From Chara braunii (Eukaryota > Plantae > Charophyceae): a stretch of DNA of 48,570 nt. Under the pieces are notes generated by a model. The model had not been told where the DNA came from and ran no database searches. It worked only from the letters and a program-made list of their open reading frames with translations. The translations under genes were made by a program, and so were the position numbers. Positions within the stretch are counted from its first letter, which is position 1. The number at the start of each line of letters is the position of its first letter. Where the stretch lies: the NCBI GenBank assembly GCA_003427395.1, contig BFEA01000001.1, positions 13,639,373-13,687,942 of the forward strand, read 5' to 3'. Shown here piece by piece: positions 22,031 to 35,334 of the stretch.

Positions 22031-22807
22031 TTTTTAAGAAGATGAAATCAAAATGGAAATAAAGAAACGGAAATAATACCGAAATATATCATAAAAAATG
22101 AAAAGAGGAGGGAGAGCACTGAATATAGTTGGCCTCCGTTTGTTCCGTGCTTTTTTGTTTTTGTTTATGTTCGTGAAAATGACAGGAGATTTGGTAGCCA
22201 TCACCCGGGCAATGACCGGAAAAAAAAAAAGGCACAGAGAAAAAAAAAGATTGCTAAGCCCCTATAGTATGTTGTCAGTCGGGCTAGGAGCCGCGAAAGT
22301 CAGCGGCTCCAGAAGGGCCGGAAGTTCATGGCTCCTTTGGAGGAGCAGTGGGGGGGCGGGTATACAACCCGGGAACGTACTCGCCTTGATGACTCTGTTC
22401 AATGGATAGGGATAACCCTATTGTAGTGTATGACACTGTATGTGCCATTTTTTGGACAACTGAGTGTCAGTGTGTGTTATAGTTAGGCGATGAGAGACTG
22501 ACCTACTATGTCATGCGGGCGAAGCCACCGCACTGGCCCGTCTTGTAATCCACATAAAAACATAGATGCACATCTGCATCATGCGTTGAATAATACATTG
22601 AATAACAAACAACCCACGAGCACCCCCTATAGCTGAGTTCCCCCTCAGGACCACCACCAGCAACATTTGTATACTGCGATCGGTACATGAAGTCTATGTC
22701 TGATCAGGACGGACCGTGAGATGACTGGGATCGACACAATAGAATGTGGTGTGTGTGATGTACTGAAAACCCAATCTCGTTGTTGTGCCATTTGCTTCTG
22801 CTGGCAG

Positions 22808-22911
22808 TTCCCGCGGACAGCTGCGGTGTTGGGTGCAGTCTTTGTCGTTGGGCGCATCGTGTATTTCCTTGGTTACTCCACTGGCAACCCCAAAGCTCGA
22901 GTGTATGGAGG
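22808..22911 (+). CDS. MGST3: MGST3-like exon 4
   Basis: CAG acceptor; FPRTAAVLGAVFVVGRIVYFLGYSTGNPKARVYG plus GG; GTAAGT donor. Contains the RxxYxxGYxTGxP motif. Confidence 0.95.
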
Positions 22912-23046
22912 GTAAGTTGGTTCAGGACAAGTATTTGAGTATGCATGTACATGGTTGAAATGAATTGGAATTTGGAATGGATTTTTCTCTCCATCTGCAT
23001 TTGATTTGATCTGGTAGAGACACATGCCTCTCTTAGCACCGATACG

Positions 23047-23121
23047 TGCGTACTATGTTTGTGAATGCGTACTATGTTTGTGAATGCGTACTATGTTTGT
23101 GAATGCGTACTATGTTTGTGA
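23047..23121. repeat. 19-bp minisatellite x4
   Basis: TGCGTACTATGTTTGTGAA repeated. Confidence 0.95.
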
Positions 23122-24186
23122 TGTGAGGTAGTAATCGCTCAGTGACAGAGAATTGCTACGGTTCCTCAGTCACCTTTGAAATAATTGCAGCAGCAAAGAA
23201 TCTTTTAAATAATTGCACCAGCAAAGAAAAGGAGGACCTGGATGTAGTGGTACCCTGCCAGTTAGGGATAGGGCAGTCAGGCTGGTCCAGTTTCAGGCTG
23301 CTGACCTGATGCTGGCCAGGTAGGACCATCGTCTGGGTAGTCCCCCTTGCCACTGGAATATTTCAGTGGGCTGTGCTCTGTTTCGTCGGGGCATTTCCGT
23401 CATACGAGCGGTCCATTGAGCCGGACTCTCAGCTGCTGCCTTGTGTGTGTCCATCTCCTTTATGTTCATTCCAAATTTCGTTTTTGTTTCCTCGCTATGA
23501 GAAAAAAATGTGGCTTGTATACTGGTGCAACTTCTGAGGCTCGGTGGAGCAAAATGACTGGCAGCGCTGGCCAAAGGAAGGCCGCGCCGTCTCATTTTCT
23601 TTGGCTCGCAGTGCGTTTTCTGCCCCAGAGAAAAGTGCCTTGGAAGTACTGGTGGCTTAAGGGAATTTCCATTTCATCTTTAATTCATTGTCCTCAGACG
23701 TCTAACTCTTTTCTGTAACTACCTGAATTAAAAAAAAAACAAATCTCGAAATGTTTGAAATTTTTGAATTAAAAAAACTTAAAAATTCCGAGTTTATGCT
23801 CCAATAATTTAGGGATTTCAATTTGACTTCGCATTTATCTTTTGCATGCTTCCCTCCATACCCCAGCCTTCAACTCTGTTGATATAATTTAGTGTTTTGT
23901 TGCCTCATTCTCTTTCCTTTGCTTCCACCCATGGTTCCCACAAGGCACTACCCGCGAGGAACAACGTGGCACTCGCGACACTCTTGCTGCGAATCGGTCC
24001 CACTTTCCCATGGAACTGCCCGTTCCTCCGTTTGCCAGACGCCCTCCTCCTCGTTGTCCCCGACCGTCTTCTCCCTCTTCCTTTTCCCTCCCTCTTATCC
24101 ATCTTCTCCCTCTTCCTTTTCCTCCCCTCCCACCCACTCCACCGGATTGCTACTCGTTCTTGCAGGCTATTTGTTCCCCAGCCACA

Positions 24187-27100
24187 TGGCTTCTGGCAAA
24201 GTGGCCACCTCGTTTGCTATGGCATCTGGCTCTGCTGCACCCTCCTTGCAGGACCAGATCCTTTCTCTAAGGGCAGATTTCCAGACTGAGCAGGCCACAT
24301 TGCAGCACCAGTTCACTTAGCTGTCGGCTCGCATTGCAATCGACCTCGAGGACCGGGTTACCCAGATGTTTTACCTTTTCACTCGCTTGGAGCCAGTTGC
24401 TACACAGGTGGGCTCCCCTTGTCAGGCTGGTCCCACATCCGGATCCTGGGGATGTCCGAGTCGATTCCTGCCTCTGCTGCTGCCTGTTCTGCCCTACCCT
24501 CATTTGCATCTTTACCCACCTCTTCTGAGGAAACCACAATCGTCATCATCCCATCATCCTCTGCCATTGCTTCTTCATCTTTCCTTCTGTCATCTCCTTC
24601 ACTTCCCACCCACCCTCCTCACGGCTCCTCCATCCCTGCCTCCCCCCCCCCCCCCCCCCCCCCCCCCTTCCCCCCCCCCCCCCCCCCCCCCCCTCCACCC
24701 TCCCCTACACATGCATTGCTCACCTCGAGCTCCATTTGCCCGCGGCTCGTGGCATCCCTCAGCCCACACTTTCCCGTCCGGCCTCCGGTTACCAGCATGG
24801 CCAAGGACTCCACCATCCCAATGCCTAGGAACTCGAGCACCAACTTGGGGAGCTTCTCCGCCAGGGCTCCATTAAAACGAGTTTTGCCCGTGGAGCTCCT
24901 GTTCTGTTCGTCTGTAAAGCGGACGGTACTTCACGTCTCTATATTGACTGCCGCATTCTCAAACACTACACGGTCAGAAAACGCTATTCCATGCCTGGAG
25001 CAAATGGGCTGTTTGGCTGCCTTGCTGGTCACCACCAGATCCAAGTAGCCGAGGAGGACCAGCATAAGACTGCCTTCCTATGTTGATTCGGATACTTCGA
25101 TTTCATGGTGATGTCCTAAGGCCTCACCACCTTTTATACGGCCATGAACACGATGTTCTAGAACCTTCTCAAGGTCTATGCTCTGGTCTATCGTGACGAC
25201 GTCCTGATCTACAGCCATACCATGCAGCACTACCTGTCCCATCTTCAAACTGACCTCCAGCATCTACGCGATCACAGGTTCTATGCGAGCTCTCCAAATG
25301 TAGCTTTGCCCAGACATTAGGTATCTGAGCAAGGACTCCAAATGGACGACTGGAAGATGAAGGGCATCGTCGATTAGCCTCCCTCTACCTCTGTTATTGT
25401 GGTGTGTAGTTTCCTTGGTTTGACCAACTACTATGGTCCTTTCCTTAAAAGCTATGCGCAGTACACCTCCCAGCTTACTCCTTTGGCTCAAGGCTGCATA
25501 CCCTTCCAATGAACCCGGGTGCAGCAGGACGCTTTTCACTCTCTCAACGTTTGTCACCCCGCTGCCGTTCTTGCACCTGCCTGACCAATCCCATCATTCC
25601 TTGTCACCACAGACCCCTAAGATTTTGCTATTGGAGCTGTTCTCTCTCGCAGATCTATGCAGCCCCTTCTACTTCCCCAAACTCGCCAGAGTCTCGCCTC
25701 CCTTGTAGTCCTTACTTTCCGCACTTCCCTCCAGAGACAGCGGCTCGGCTGGCTCTCGTTGATCGTCCACCTTTTGGTGGTCTTCCTCCTTACTTCCCTG
25801 ACGTTGTTGACGATGGTACCGTCGAGTCTCCCGATGGAGAATGTCTGGTTGCTTATCTCTCACGACAGATCTCCGTTGAGCGTGACGATACCGCTGATGA
25901 AAGTGAGGTTCTCGCCCCAGTATGCGCTCTCAAAAAGTGGACCATCTGCACGATCAAAACTTCATCGTTTTGACGGTCAAGTCTGATCTCGCTGCTTTGC
26001 AAACGAAGATGAAGCGTACACCACCAGGCTCGTTGGTGGCGTGAGCTTTCCGGGTTCACTCTCAACATCCGCAAGGTCTCTGGTGAGAGCAACCGGGTTG
26101 GGGATGCCTTATCATGTCGCCCTGACCATCACCGGGACTATTGCCGGTTCTCTGCTATCTCTACTATCACCATCCATCCCTCGTTTACCGGGGGTTCTGC
26201 CAACTTCCAGTCTATGTACGCTGACATCGAGAACAAGAAGCCCGAAGCTAGCTATGTCCTTGGTCCTTCTGGTCTACTCTACTGGCTTGGTCGTAAAGGT
26301 AATCCGACTTCCTTACTCCGCATGCCCTCCACTGGCCAGCTTCGTGTTCGTGCCATTGTCGAATGTCACGACCAGTGCGCCACTGGCCATCTTGGTTTCC
26401 TCAAAACTTTTGACCACCTTTCTCGACACTATTATGGCCTGGCCGCTTCGATTTCACTTGGGAATATATCCGTACCTGCAAAACCTGCGAAGAGGTCAAC
26501 AGTTCCAATGATTTCCCTTCGTATTATTCAGCCCTTACGTATTCTGAGCATTCTTACTCATCTGTGGACTTTATCTCCATGGACTTCATTGTCCCGAGGC
26601 CCCACGTGTCCTTGTCTGTCGGTTGACTAAGCATGCCCACTTTATTTCTTGCAAGTTCGCTAGTTCAGCCAAAGACATTGCTTTTCTCTACTTCAATCAC
26701 GTGGCCATTCATCACGGTCTTCCCACCAGCATTGTCTTAAGATCGTGATCGTCACTTCACAGTTAACTTCTAGCATTCTCTCCATGAGACATATGTCATT
26801 GAGCTCCCGCTCCTCCTCCTCTTATCACCCTAGACAGGTGGACAAACCGGAGGTCACCAACCTCCTGAGAATATTCTCAGAAAGTTTGTCGAGGGTGATA
26901 CTGACTGGGGCTTTCACTTCGCTCATGCAGAGATTGCCTATAATCAAGCCATTTCTCCAGCTACAGGTACGTCTCCCTATTTCTGTGACTTGGGATATCA
27001 TCCTAGGTCCCATTTAACTTCCTCCACCCATGCCAGATGCGTCCGGATACTTCATGCCTGCCTTTAATGCATGGGTGGCTTGGGATGCGCGGCTTTGTCA

Positions 27101-27800
27101 CGTGCACTCGCGCTATGCAGAGATTGCCTATAATCAAGCCATTTCACCAGCTACTGGTACGTCTCCCCGCTTCCGTGAGTTGGGATACCATCCTAGGGTC
27201 CCATCTAAGTTCCTCCGGCCACATCGCAGATGCATCCAGACGCTTCATGCCGTGCTCTGAATGCATGGGTGGCTGAGATGAACGACCTTTTCATGTGCGC
27301 TTGCGTTAGCATTGCCGACTCTGAGACTCTCATGGTTGCTCACGTCAACCGTTCCTGCGTGCGTGGAACCATTTCAAGGTTGGAGACAAGGTCATTATCG
27401 ACGTATGCCATTTCTAGCTCGCAGCCAACACACTTGAGAAATTCAAGCGTCGCTATAGTGGACCATGCACCATTCTCGCCCTTTTGGTACCGAATCACGA
27501 CTGTCCTGTGAGCTTCAAATTGAAGCTCCCCGATTCTGTGTATCACACTAAATTACATGTATCGGTATTGCGCCCCTTTCAATGGCCGCCACTTATTTTT
27601 CACGGTTGACCATACCCTTGCCCTTCTCCCATCGTCGTGGGGGGTCGCGAGGGGTTTGCTGCCTTTGATATTGTGTGCCGGCGTGTTACGGACGATCACC
27701 CTCTCCTTGTTGAGTATCTTGAACAGAGGAAGGGTTGTACGGATGAGGAGTGTACTCGAGAGCCTCTTGAGCACTTGAAACACGCTATAACCTTTGTGCG
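24187..27800 (+). mobile_element. Decayed Ty3/Gypsy (chromovirus-like) retrotransposon in intron 4
   Basis: RT (GAPVLFVCKADG..LYIDCR; KTAF..FGYFDFMVM; VYRDDVLIYS), RNase H (TTDP*DFAIGAVL; VAYLSRQ..ESEVLAPVCALKKW), integrase (ECHDQCATGHLGFLKT; SMDFI; HHGLPTSIV; SSYHP) and chromodomain (EYLEQRKGCTDEECTREPLEHL), in Gypsy order with many frameshifts. Confidence 0.9.
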
Positions 27801-28526
27801 TGCTTACAATCGCACTCATCCATTTCTTCAGTTTACCTCCCCTGCTCCTCCTCATTCTCGCACGGACCCATCTACTTCAGCGACCGCTAGCACTCCCTCT
27901 TCTACCTTGATGGACGCTCCCGGTCCACAGGTTCCTGACAGGTTCCTGCCTCAGGTCCTTCTTCTGCCCCCGTGGATGTGGTTTCGCCTGTCGATGCAGT
28001 CGATATTCTCGCCCTCAGTGTTCTCCTGGACTTCTTTTTGGCCATCGAGACTGATCGCTATATGTTTCATTACGTCCCTTTTCGACACTTCTGCAGCAGT
28101 TCCTGGTTATGCCATCTACTTCGGCTTCAGCAGTTCCTCTTCAGCAGCGGAGGACCTGTCGTAGTGTTTTCAGACTTCTACTCAGTTTCCATGCTGCTCC
28201 TACTTCAGTGTGGCTATGTTGGTGACTTTGGCGTCTTCTCACGCCACTTCATTATCTGAGCTCGCCCTCATCATGGATCTTCATCGGCTCGACTAGTGAC
28301 TTTCCCTCCTCTGTGGAGTTCCCCTTATGTTCACCCGTACCCCACGCCTTTGAGCTCACCCTTATGTCGCATGATGATTTTTACTCTCCACCTAATCGTT
28401 TGGATATATGCTATCCCGATGTATGGGCTGTAGCGTCTCTCTTGGCATCCCATTTCTGCAGTTCCACCCCATGCTCCGCGCCTTCCTCTGGAGTGTATAT
28501 TGTCTTTACTTGCAGTTTTGTTTACA

Positions 28527-28970
28527 TTAGGCCTGGTATCGTGCTGTACCCTCTCCCAGGCTCATCTGACGTGTGTTCCCTTGTGTGAGCGGTGGTACCC
28601 GTTGGAATCGGTTGGATGGTTTTCATTAGGCCTGGTATCGTGCTATACCCTCTCCCGAGCGTGGTGATACCTTCCTATTTGTGTGGGTGCCCCGTTGGAG
28701 TTTGCTCTGAGAGCTGTACTTACCATCCTTGAAACCATCCCCGTGTTTTTTTGTTGTGACTGAGCTCATCTGACGTGTGTTCCCTTGTGTGAGCGGTGGT
28801 ACCCGTTGGAATCGGCTGGATGGTTTCCATTAGGCCTGGTATCGTGCTATACCCTCTCCCGAGCCTGGTGATACCTTCCTATTTGTCGGGGTGCCCCGCT
28901 GGAGTTTGCTCTGAGAGCTGTACCTACCATCCTTGAAACCATCCCCGTGTTCTTTTGTTGTGACTGAGCT
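28527..28970. repeat. Tandem duplication (~200-bp unit) downstream of the Gypsy relic
   Basis: TTAGGCCTGGTATCGTGCT.TACCCTCTCCC occurs three times; GCTCATCTGACGTGTGTTCCCTTGTGTGAGCGGTGGTACCCG occurs twice. Confidence 0.85.
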
Positions 28971-30385
28971 CTCCCTTTCTCCTATAGAGGCAAACACATA
29001 TCTTGGTCGGTTTGAAAACAAAGCCTGCACCTTCACGAGATGCTCATTTCTAATGTAACTTCAGTAGAAGTTCATAAAGCAGGGGCTCATGCAGTTCTTC
29101 TTGCGCATGTACTTTGTCAGAATGTGCCACAAATGATCCATGCCATTCACTTCTGGTACATATCAGCCATCTGATCGGCTGGCTCACTCTACTCCATGCA
29201 CACTGTCACCGAGATGCACCCACTTGCAGACACCATCTCCGGAGCCGCCTCGAACTTGCTCAGCCTACACACGATCGGAGCTTAGTATTTCCAGAACTTG
29301 TTTACCCGCCACTGCCACCACCACCGTCACCGTCACCGGGCCTATTTGTTGAGCCTACAATTTTCCCATTGAGTATGTAGTATGTATCATACTGGCTTCA
29401 GGCAGGCTGTAAGATCAAGATCGTGGTCTCCTTGTGCAGACCCCAAGTTTCGGAGGAAGGTATATATTATCACTGGTGGTTTATGCAACTTTGTTCCCAG
29501 AATATGCACCCTGTATGTATATTTTGTACCGACAAGGAGTGAGCTTGGTGCCCAAAAGGGGCTTATAAAGGGGAGATGAAGGAAGCGGTGGCCAATTTGA
29601 CGTGTAGGGCATGGTGCTTGTCGTTGCAAAGCAGCCGGTGTCTGTGAACTGTCGTAACATGGTTGGTGAGAGACTTCACTGTTCGCTGGAATGATCTTAT
29701 TCTTCTCGTTCCTCGCACGTCGATTGTTCTTGTTGGATGTATTGTATTGGAAGTACATTTGGGTATGGCTGGAGTAGGGGAAGTCCAAATGTCAGCAGCC
29801 CTTGCACTCACCTTGTCTCGACTTGATTTGATTGCCTTGGTTGTGCTCCTCTTGTTCCAATGTTCCCACTTTCTTCCCTGCATATTCCCTTCATGGGTGG
29901 TTGTGATCATTCAGTCTTGTCTGCCCATCAACCCCTCGTCAGCACCCTTTTCTCCCTCTGAACGGTCTCCTTCTCCCGTTTCTGCTTGCACGTCACCATC
30001 AGACTTCTTTTTCGTTCCACAATCGTCACAAATTCAAAATGCTTCCCCAACTCTGCTCCCTTCCGTATCCCTTGTGTTCTGTTTTCTGTGTTACGTACCG
30101 TCCATTTAATCCATTTGTACGGTTTGATGTGGACTCTCTCAATGTGTATATCTTAGGGGCAGTGCATGCCCTTTTCTGATGTGGAGAGTGCAGAATTAAA
30201 TGAAGACCGTTGAAAATAGTAGCAATCTAGTTGCTTGGTTGGGGTGGGATGGGGGGGTCAAGGTGCCCTTCTCGGGGAAGATACAGAGCATCATACTCTT
30301 GCCCAGCTTGTTGCCTCGGGAGCCTCTGACAGGTCGTATTGTTGGTTAACGTGTGAATTTTGTTGTGGTTATGACCCTCTTGCAG

Positions 30386-30458
30386 GCCCTTGTATGCTCC
30401 TAGCCTTTTGGGGCTGTTAGGAATATGCATCTACACAGCAGCAAAGCTTATGATGTAA
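30386..30458 (+). CDS. MGST3: MGST3-like exon 5 (terminal, includes stop)
   Basis: TGCAG acceptor; the first base completes GGG (Gly), then PLYAPSLLGLLGICIYTAAKLMM and TAA. Phase matches exon 4 and supplies the 4th TM helix (LLGL). Joined CDS is 438 nt / 145 aa. Confidence 0.88.
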
Positions 30459-33153
30459 GCTTCGTGGTGCTGCTGCTTCGGACGATGCTCAGGGGTGCAT
30501 TTGTCAGGACGATGACGCGTGTCAAAATGCGAGAGAGATGCCTGTGCCGGGCATCCGATAGCATGTACGGAGTATCAGTGTATGTCGACTAAGTATTTTC
30601 ATGTGGCCAGTCTCATGGATTACAGGGGAAAAAAAAGGAAAAAAACAAATTCATGTGGCAAGTTCCACAAGGATGGATTTTTTCTTTGCCGGATATGGAT
30701 ATGGTCCATCAGATCCATATGGATTCAATGAGACCGATTGCGCTGGTTGCTTCTGCCTGAGCAGATGGCAGGTCGCAGTGAGGTTGACATCGGTGGGTGG
30801 GAGCTGTGCGAGAGACGACTGTGAATTGAGGATCGCTGGAGGCAGTGAGTGGCGTAGAAGTGCTCCCTCCTGCTTTCGTAGTAAAAACTACTAAACATAT
30901 CTTGGGGTTTCCTAGCCCACCCAAGAGCAAGCAGCATATTGCTTAGTAAGGTAGGTAGTAGTCATTGATTGGCAGTGGACGCTTCCCATATCGACTTCAT
31001 GGGTAGCGACACACAGCTAGCCTCGGTTGTTATGCACGATGGGTCTATAGTACTGACTCTGGTGTTATAAGATGTATCTTGGCAATATGGATATCATGCA
31101 GCATGTAAGAGGTCAGTGCTGTGCTGGAGAAGGAAGGATGATGCTTGTGCCTGAGTTACAAGCAAGCAGGTCATTTTGAAGAGGCAGGAAGGGGTCAGCT
31201 TCAACTGCAAAACGCGTTGGTTGCTGGTGCGAAATGTGCAACAGCCGGGTGAGATGTATGTCTTCTCTTATATTGTGTGGAGTTAGTCGATGTCGTTGAC
31301 TATGTGTTTGTGCCTGTGATAAGGTTCTGCATGTGTCGTACTTAGTATTTTCATTCTCTTGTGAGCATGCCCTGTTCTTCATGTGCTTGTGCCTGTGACA
31401 AGGTTTTGTAGGGGCTGAACTTCGTTTTTTCATTCTCTTGTGTGATTGTGCCCTGGGTTATGGATCGATGAAGAGGTTGGCCCGGCCCGGATACCTTTTT
31501 CTGCCCCAAAGTCCTATCGATACACATGTGCACACTCACGCTTCCTTCCGGTAGGCCTAAGGACCCCTGATCAGCATTGATTACTTCTTGACAAGAAGGA
31601 TCGACCGTCGCAGCTTGCTGTTCCTTCTCGTAGCCCTCTCAAACTTGGTTCCCGACTCCACTGAATTTGGGTCCTTGCTCCACCAGCAGGCAAAACCGAT
31701 TCGTGTGGCAAGTAGTCACGGGACTTCTCTTACCAAGACGCCGCAGTCGCTCCACCAGTGACCACACTGGTGAGTGCTACACGGCAAGGCCGGGCTGTGG
31801 CTGGGACCAAATGGGATGGTGAGTTGCTCACCATGATTGGTGGGTGGGAGAGAGGAGGCGGCACCACAACCATGTCGTTGCAGGTGGGGGAGAAGAGAAG
31901 TGGGTGAGTACTCGTCACTGCCGGGTCACCAAGAAGAAGAACCCTACTTTTGACACTCAGGCCATGGTGGGTGGTGGAGCGACCATGCTGCTCACCAAAA
32001 CACCTCTGTGGTGAGCGGTGGAGTGAGGTCCTTTGTCTCGAACACTCAGAATCGTATAAGGAACAGCTTAGCATCAATTCACAGTGTTGTCACGGGGGGA
32101 TCCCCAGGGCCCAAGGCGGGGCTGGGGTTTGACCCCCATACCCCGACGCAGGGATGGACAACCCGCGCACCCCCAGCATCCCCGGGGTTGGGCGGGGGTG
32201 GAAATTCAGAATCTCTGTTTCTTATTCCCTTCATTCCCCGTCAAGTGGGGGCCAGAAAAAAAATGCCCCAACCTCATCACGACCAACCACCGCCGACCCC
32301 TGCCATTGCATGTACCCCTGTGGCCACTCCCACCCCTGCACCCGCACCCTCGCACCCTTCACAAACCGCACCTCCATCCCTACATCCCCACCCCACCACC
32401 CCACCCCACCACCCTCACCCGCGGAACCCCACCCCAGCTTGGACCTGCCACCCCCATCCTCACCCTGACCCCCATTCCTGCACCCCATCCCTGCAGCCCG
32501 CACACCCCAACCCACAACCCCCATCCGCACACACTCGCCCCCTTGCCCCGAACCCGCCCGATGATTTACCACTGCCAAATATACTGACCCCGCCAATACC
32601 CCCCCCGAAACGCACATCATATCCTCCAACCCTGCCCCTAACCCCCAAAACCCCTCCCCGAATGCACAAATCCTCTAATGGCTTCCACCCCCAAATATAC
32701 CCAACCCCCTGACACGCCCACCCCCTCAACAACAAAAGAATACATCCTATCCCCAAACCCTGCCCCGACGCTCCAAAACCCCTCCCCAGACAGACAAATC
32801 CTCCAATGACGTGGGCCCCCCACGCCCTGCAACCCCNNNNNNNNNNNNNNNNNNNNNNNNNNNNNNNNNNNNNNNNNNNNNNNNNNNNNNNNNNNNNNNN
32901 NNNNNNNNNNNNNNNNNNNNNNNNNNNNNNNNNNNNNNNNNNNNNNNNNNNNNNNNNNNNNNNNNNNNNNNNNNNNNNNNNNNNNNNNNNNNNNNNNNNN
33001 NNNNNNNNNNNNNNNNNNNNNNNNNNNNNNNNNNNNNNNNNNNNNNNNNNNNNNNNNNNNNNNNNNNNNNNNNNNNNNNNNNNNNNNNNNNNNNNNNNNN
33101 NNNNNNNNNNNNNNNNNNNNNNNNNNNNNNNNNNNNNNNNNNNNNNNNNNNNN

Positions 33154-33202
<49 letters not shown>

Positions 33203-33446
33203 CCCTCGTTGATTTGGGGGTTCAACCACGCGGGTGGGGGCCTGAGACTGAGCAATGGCAGTTGCCTGACCATGAATGTAGCTCAGGTATATAAATAATA
33301 TATTATAACCACCATTTCAGAGTTATGTTACGGGGGTGGGGACCGAGGCTAGCCGCCCATACCTTCTCATTTTTGTTGCATTAGCCTACAATAAAAAGAA
33401 TCTATCCTTTTCTTTTCACTTTACTTTCTCGTTTTAACCATCTGTT

Positions 33447-33600
33447 TTTTTTTTTGTTTTTTTTTTTTGTTTTTTTTTTAATACTTAAAACAGCTCCTTA
33501 TGGTCCTGACTCCGTGTCCATTCTGGGGAGCCTCAGTCCGGTTCCTTTCCACCGGCAAGGCTAAATATTGAAATACAACAATTGTACACTCTCACGCTTA
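33447..33600 (-). mobile_element. Short poly(A)-tailed retro-insertion with 12-bp TSD
   Basis: TAACCATCTGTT at 33435-33446 and at 33601-33612 flank a segment that starts with a T-rich tract. Confidence 0.65.
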
Positions 33601-33608
33601 TAACCATC

Positions 33609-33631
33609 TGTTGTTGTTGTTGTTGTTGTTG

Positions 33632-33669
<38 letters not shown>
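33609..33669. repeat. (GTT)n(GT)n microsatellite
   Basis: Direct reading of the sequence. Confidence 0.95.
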
Positions 33670-33674
<5 letters not shown>

Positions 33675-33749
33675 TCTTTCCATCTGTTCTTTTAGCTTTT
33701 TGTTTTGTTATGTTTCTTCTGATTTCTCTATTTATAGCGTTTTTAGAAA

Positions 33750-34100
33750 TTTAAACAATCAATTACCGTTTGTTTTCTAAACTTTCTGGAACCATCTCTC
33801 ACTTTCCAGATAGCCCAGAGTGTCACTCTTTGTATCAGTCCAGACCAAACGTTTTCTGGCATGCTGAGATTAGAGGGAGTGCTAGTCCGGAGCGGAAGAA
33901 GGGGATATGTTCGGGAGAGGGGTTGCGAATAGGCACCTTCAGAAGCCAGATGTCCTTGCCCAGCCCAGTCTTCCCTGGCTTCTCCTTGCATCTTAGTACT
34001 GGACAAATTAAGAAGGACAGCGGAACAAGTCCCTCGAATCTATTCGGGCAATTTTTCCTCCTAATGTGGGAGCCAATGGTTGCCTGGGAGTGCAGTGTAC
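33750..34100 (-). mobile_element. L1/Tx1 LINE ORF2 C-terminal relic
   Basis: VTLWAIWKVRDGSRKF resembles the W.IW..RN...F motif; a Cys-containing segment lies upstream. Confidence 0.5.
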
Positions 34101-35042
34101 GATATATCATATAAGCCACCGAAGTGCAGTGTACGATACATATAAGCCACGGAAGACTTTTTCCACTGTTAGTCAATCTTATGACTTATGATGATGATTT
34201 TGAAATTCGTCCGTGGTATATTGTGGTTATTAGATCTGCTTCGGAACCAAACCAGTTCAGTATTTAATATTTATACTATTTTCCATCTTCGGTGTAATTG
34301 CTGGCATGGGGTATTTAGTATTTACTATGTAGGTTTAAAACACCAATTAAGCTGAGCCTATTTGTGGAAACTGACTGCAGGCCTGGCCATCCTGAAACAT
34401 CACTCCTACCCGGTCACACTGAGTCACACGGGCTTTTTTTATCCAAATCTGTATTCGGTTTGGCTGGAGGCTACCGTAATGGCCTGGGACCATTTTCTTT
34501 TGTAGTTAAAAAAAATTAATTTTTAATTTAATTTGTTAAAGAATGTCGGTGTGAGCCCGGGGCAAAAGTTGTTTCGTGAGCTTCACTCTGCCTGACATTG
34601 TTTTTTGTCCATACTTGCGGCGCATCACATGCGCACTGGGTGGCAAACCCCAAAAAATAGGGGTCAGGAAAAAAAAAAAAGGGGGAGGGGTGGGGCGTGG
34701 TAGCACACGCCCTGTCCCTCCCCTCGCAAAATTCTGGTGGACAAAGGAAAAAAACAAACATTTGGGGTCCCAGCATCGCACTCAACTGCGGCGTCCGAAT
34801 AATTGTGTGTGTGCGTGTGGAGATGTGCGTGTAAATTCACTTATAGGTTTGTCCCCAGTGCAATTACTGCTCTCCATATCACCCGCATAACAAGACGACA
34901 GGCATCTGGGGTGCTCGCACACTGATGCAACTCCAATACGGGCACAAGATTCAGTGTGCTTGCAGCCAGGAACCACCAATTCAAGGGATGATACATTTCC
35001 TTCCATGTGTCGTACTCCCAGTTCGAGTAGAGAAAGCAAGCG

Positions 35043-35094
35043 AGAGAGAGAGAGCGAGAGACAGCGAGAGCGCGCCCGAGAGAGAGGTAGATAG

Positions 35095-35183
<89 letters not shown>

Positions 35184-35299
35184 TAGATGGGTGGTGAATT
35201 GGGAAGGACAACAAACATGGAAGATCTCAAATAGTGGAGGATAAATAGTGGGACATGTAGTTGAGAACGCATGGCAATTTGCGGTCTCTCAGAATTAGT

Positions 35300-35331
<32 letters not shown>
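35043..35331. repeat. (AG)n/(GATA)n microsatellites
   Basis: Direct reading: 35043-35178 and 35303-35331. Confidence 0.95.

Positions 35332-35334
<3 letters not shown>

Larger units (their letters stand above)
3167..30458 (+). other. MGST3: Whole MGST3-like gene span (introns 13587, 2537, 3256 and 7474 bp)
   Basis: Five exons with compatible phases and GT-AG junctions splice into an uninterrupted 145-aa MAPEG protein. Confidence 0.9.

Noticed and set aside
24366-25048. Polyproline ORFs
   Set aside because: Produced by a poly(C) tract inside the Gypsy relic.
32008-32836. Pro/His/Thr-rich extensin-like ORFs
   Set aside because: C-rich low-complexity sequence at a gap edge, open in several frames; probably low-quality read or simple repeat.
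34272-34312. Short resemblance to the 5' end of mitochondrial cox1 (CATCTTCGGTG..ATTGCTGG); also considered as MGST3 exon 5
   Set aside because: Too short to distinguish from chance without a search. As an exon the phase leads to an immediate stop, whereas 30386-30458 fits.
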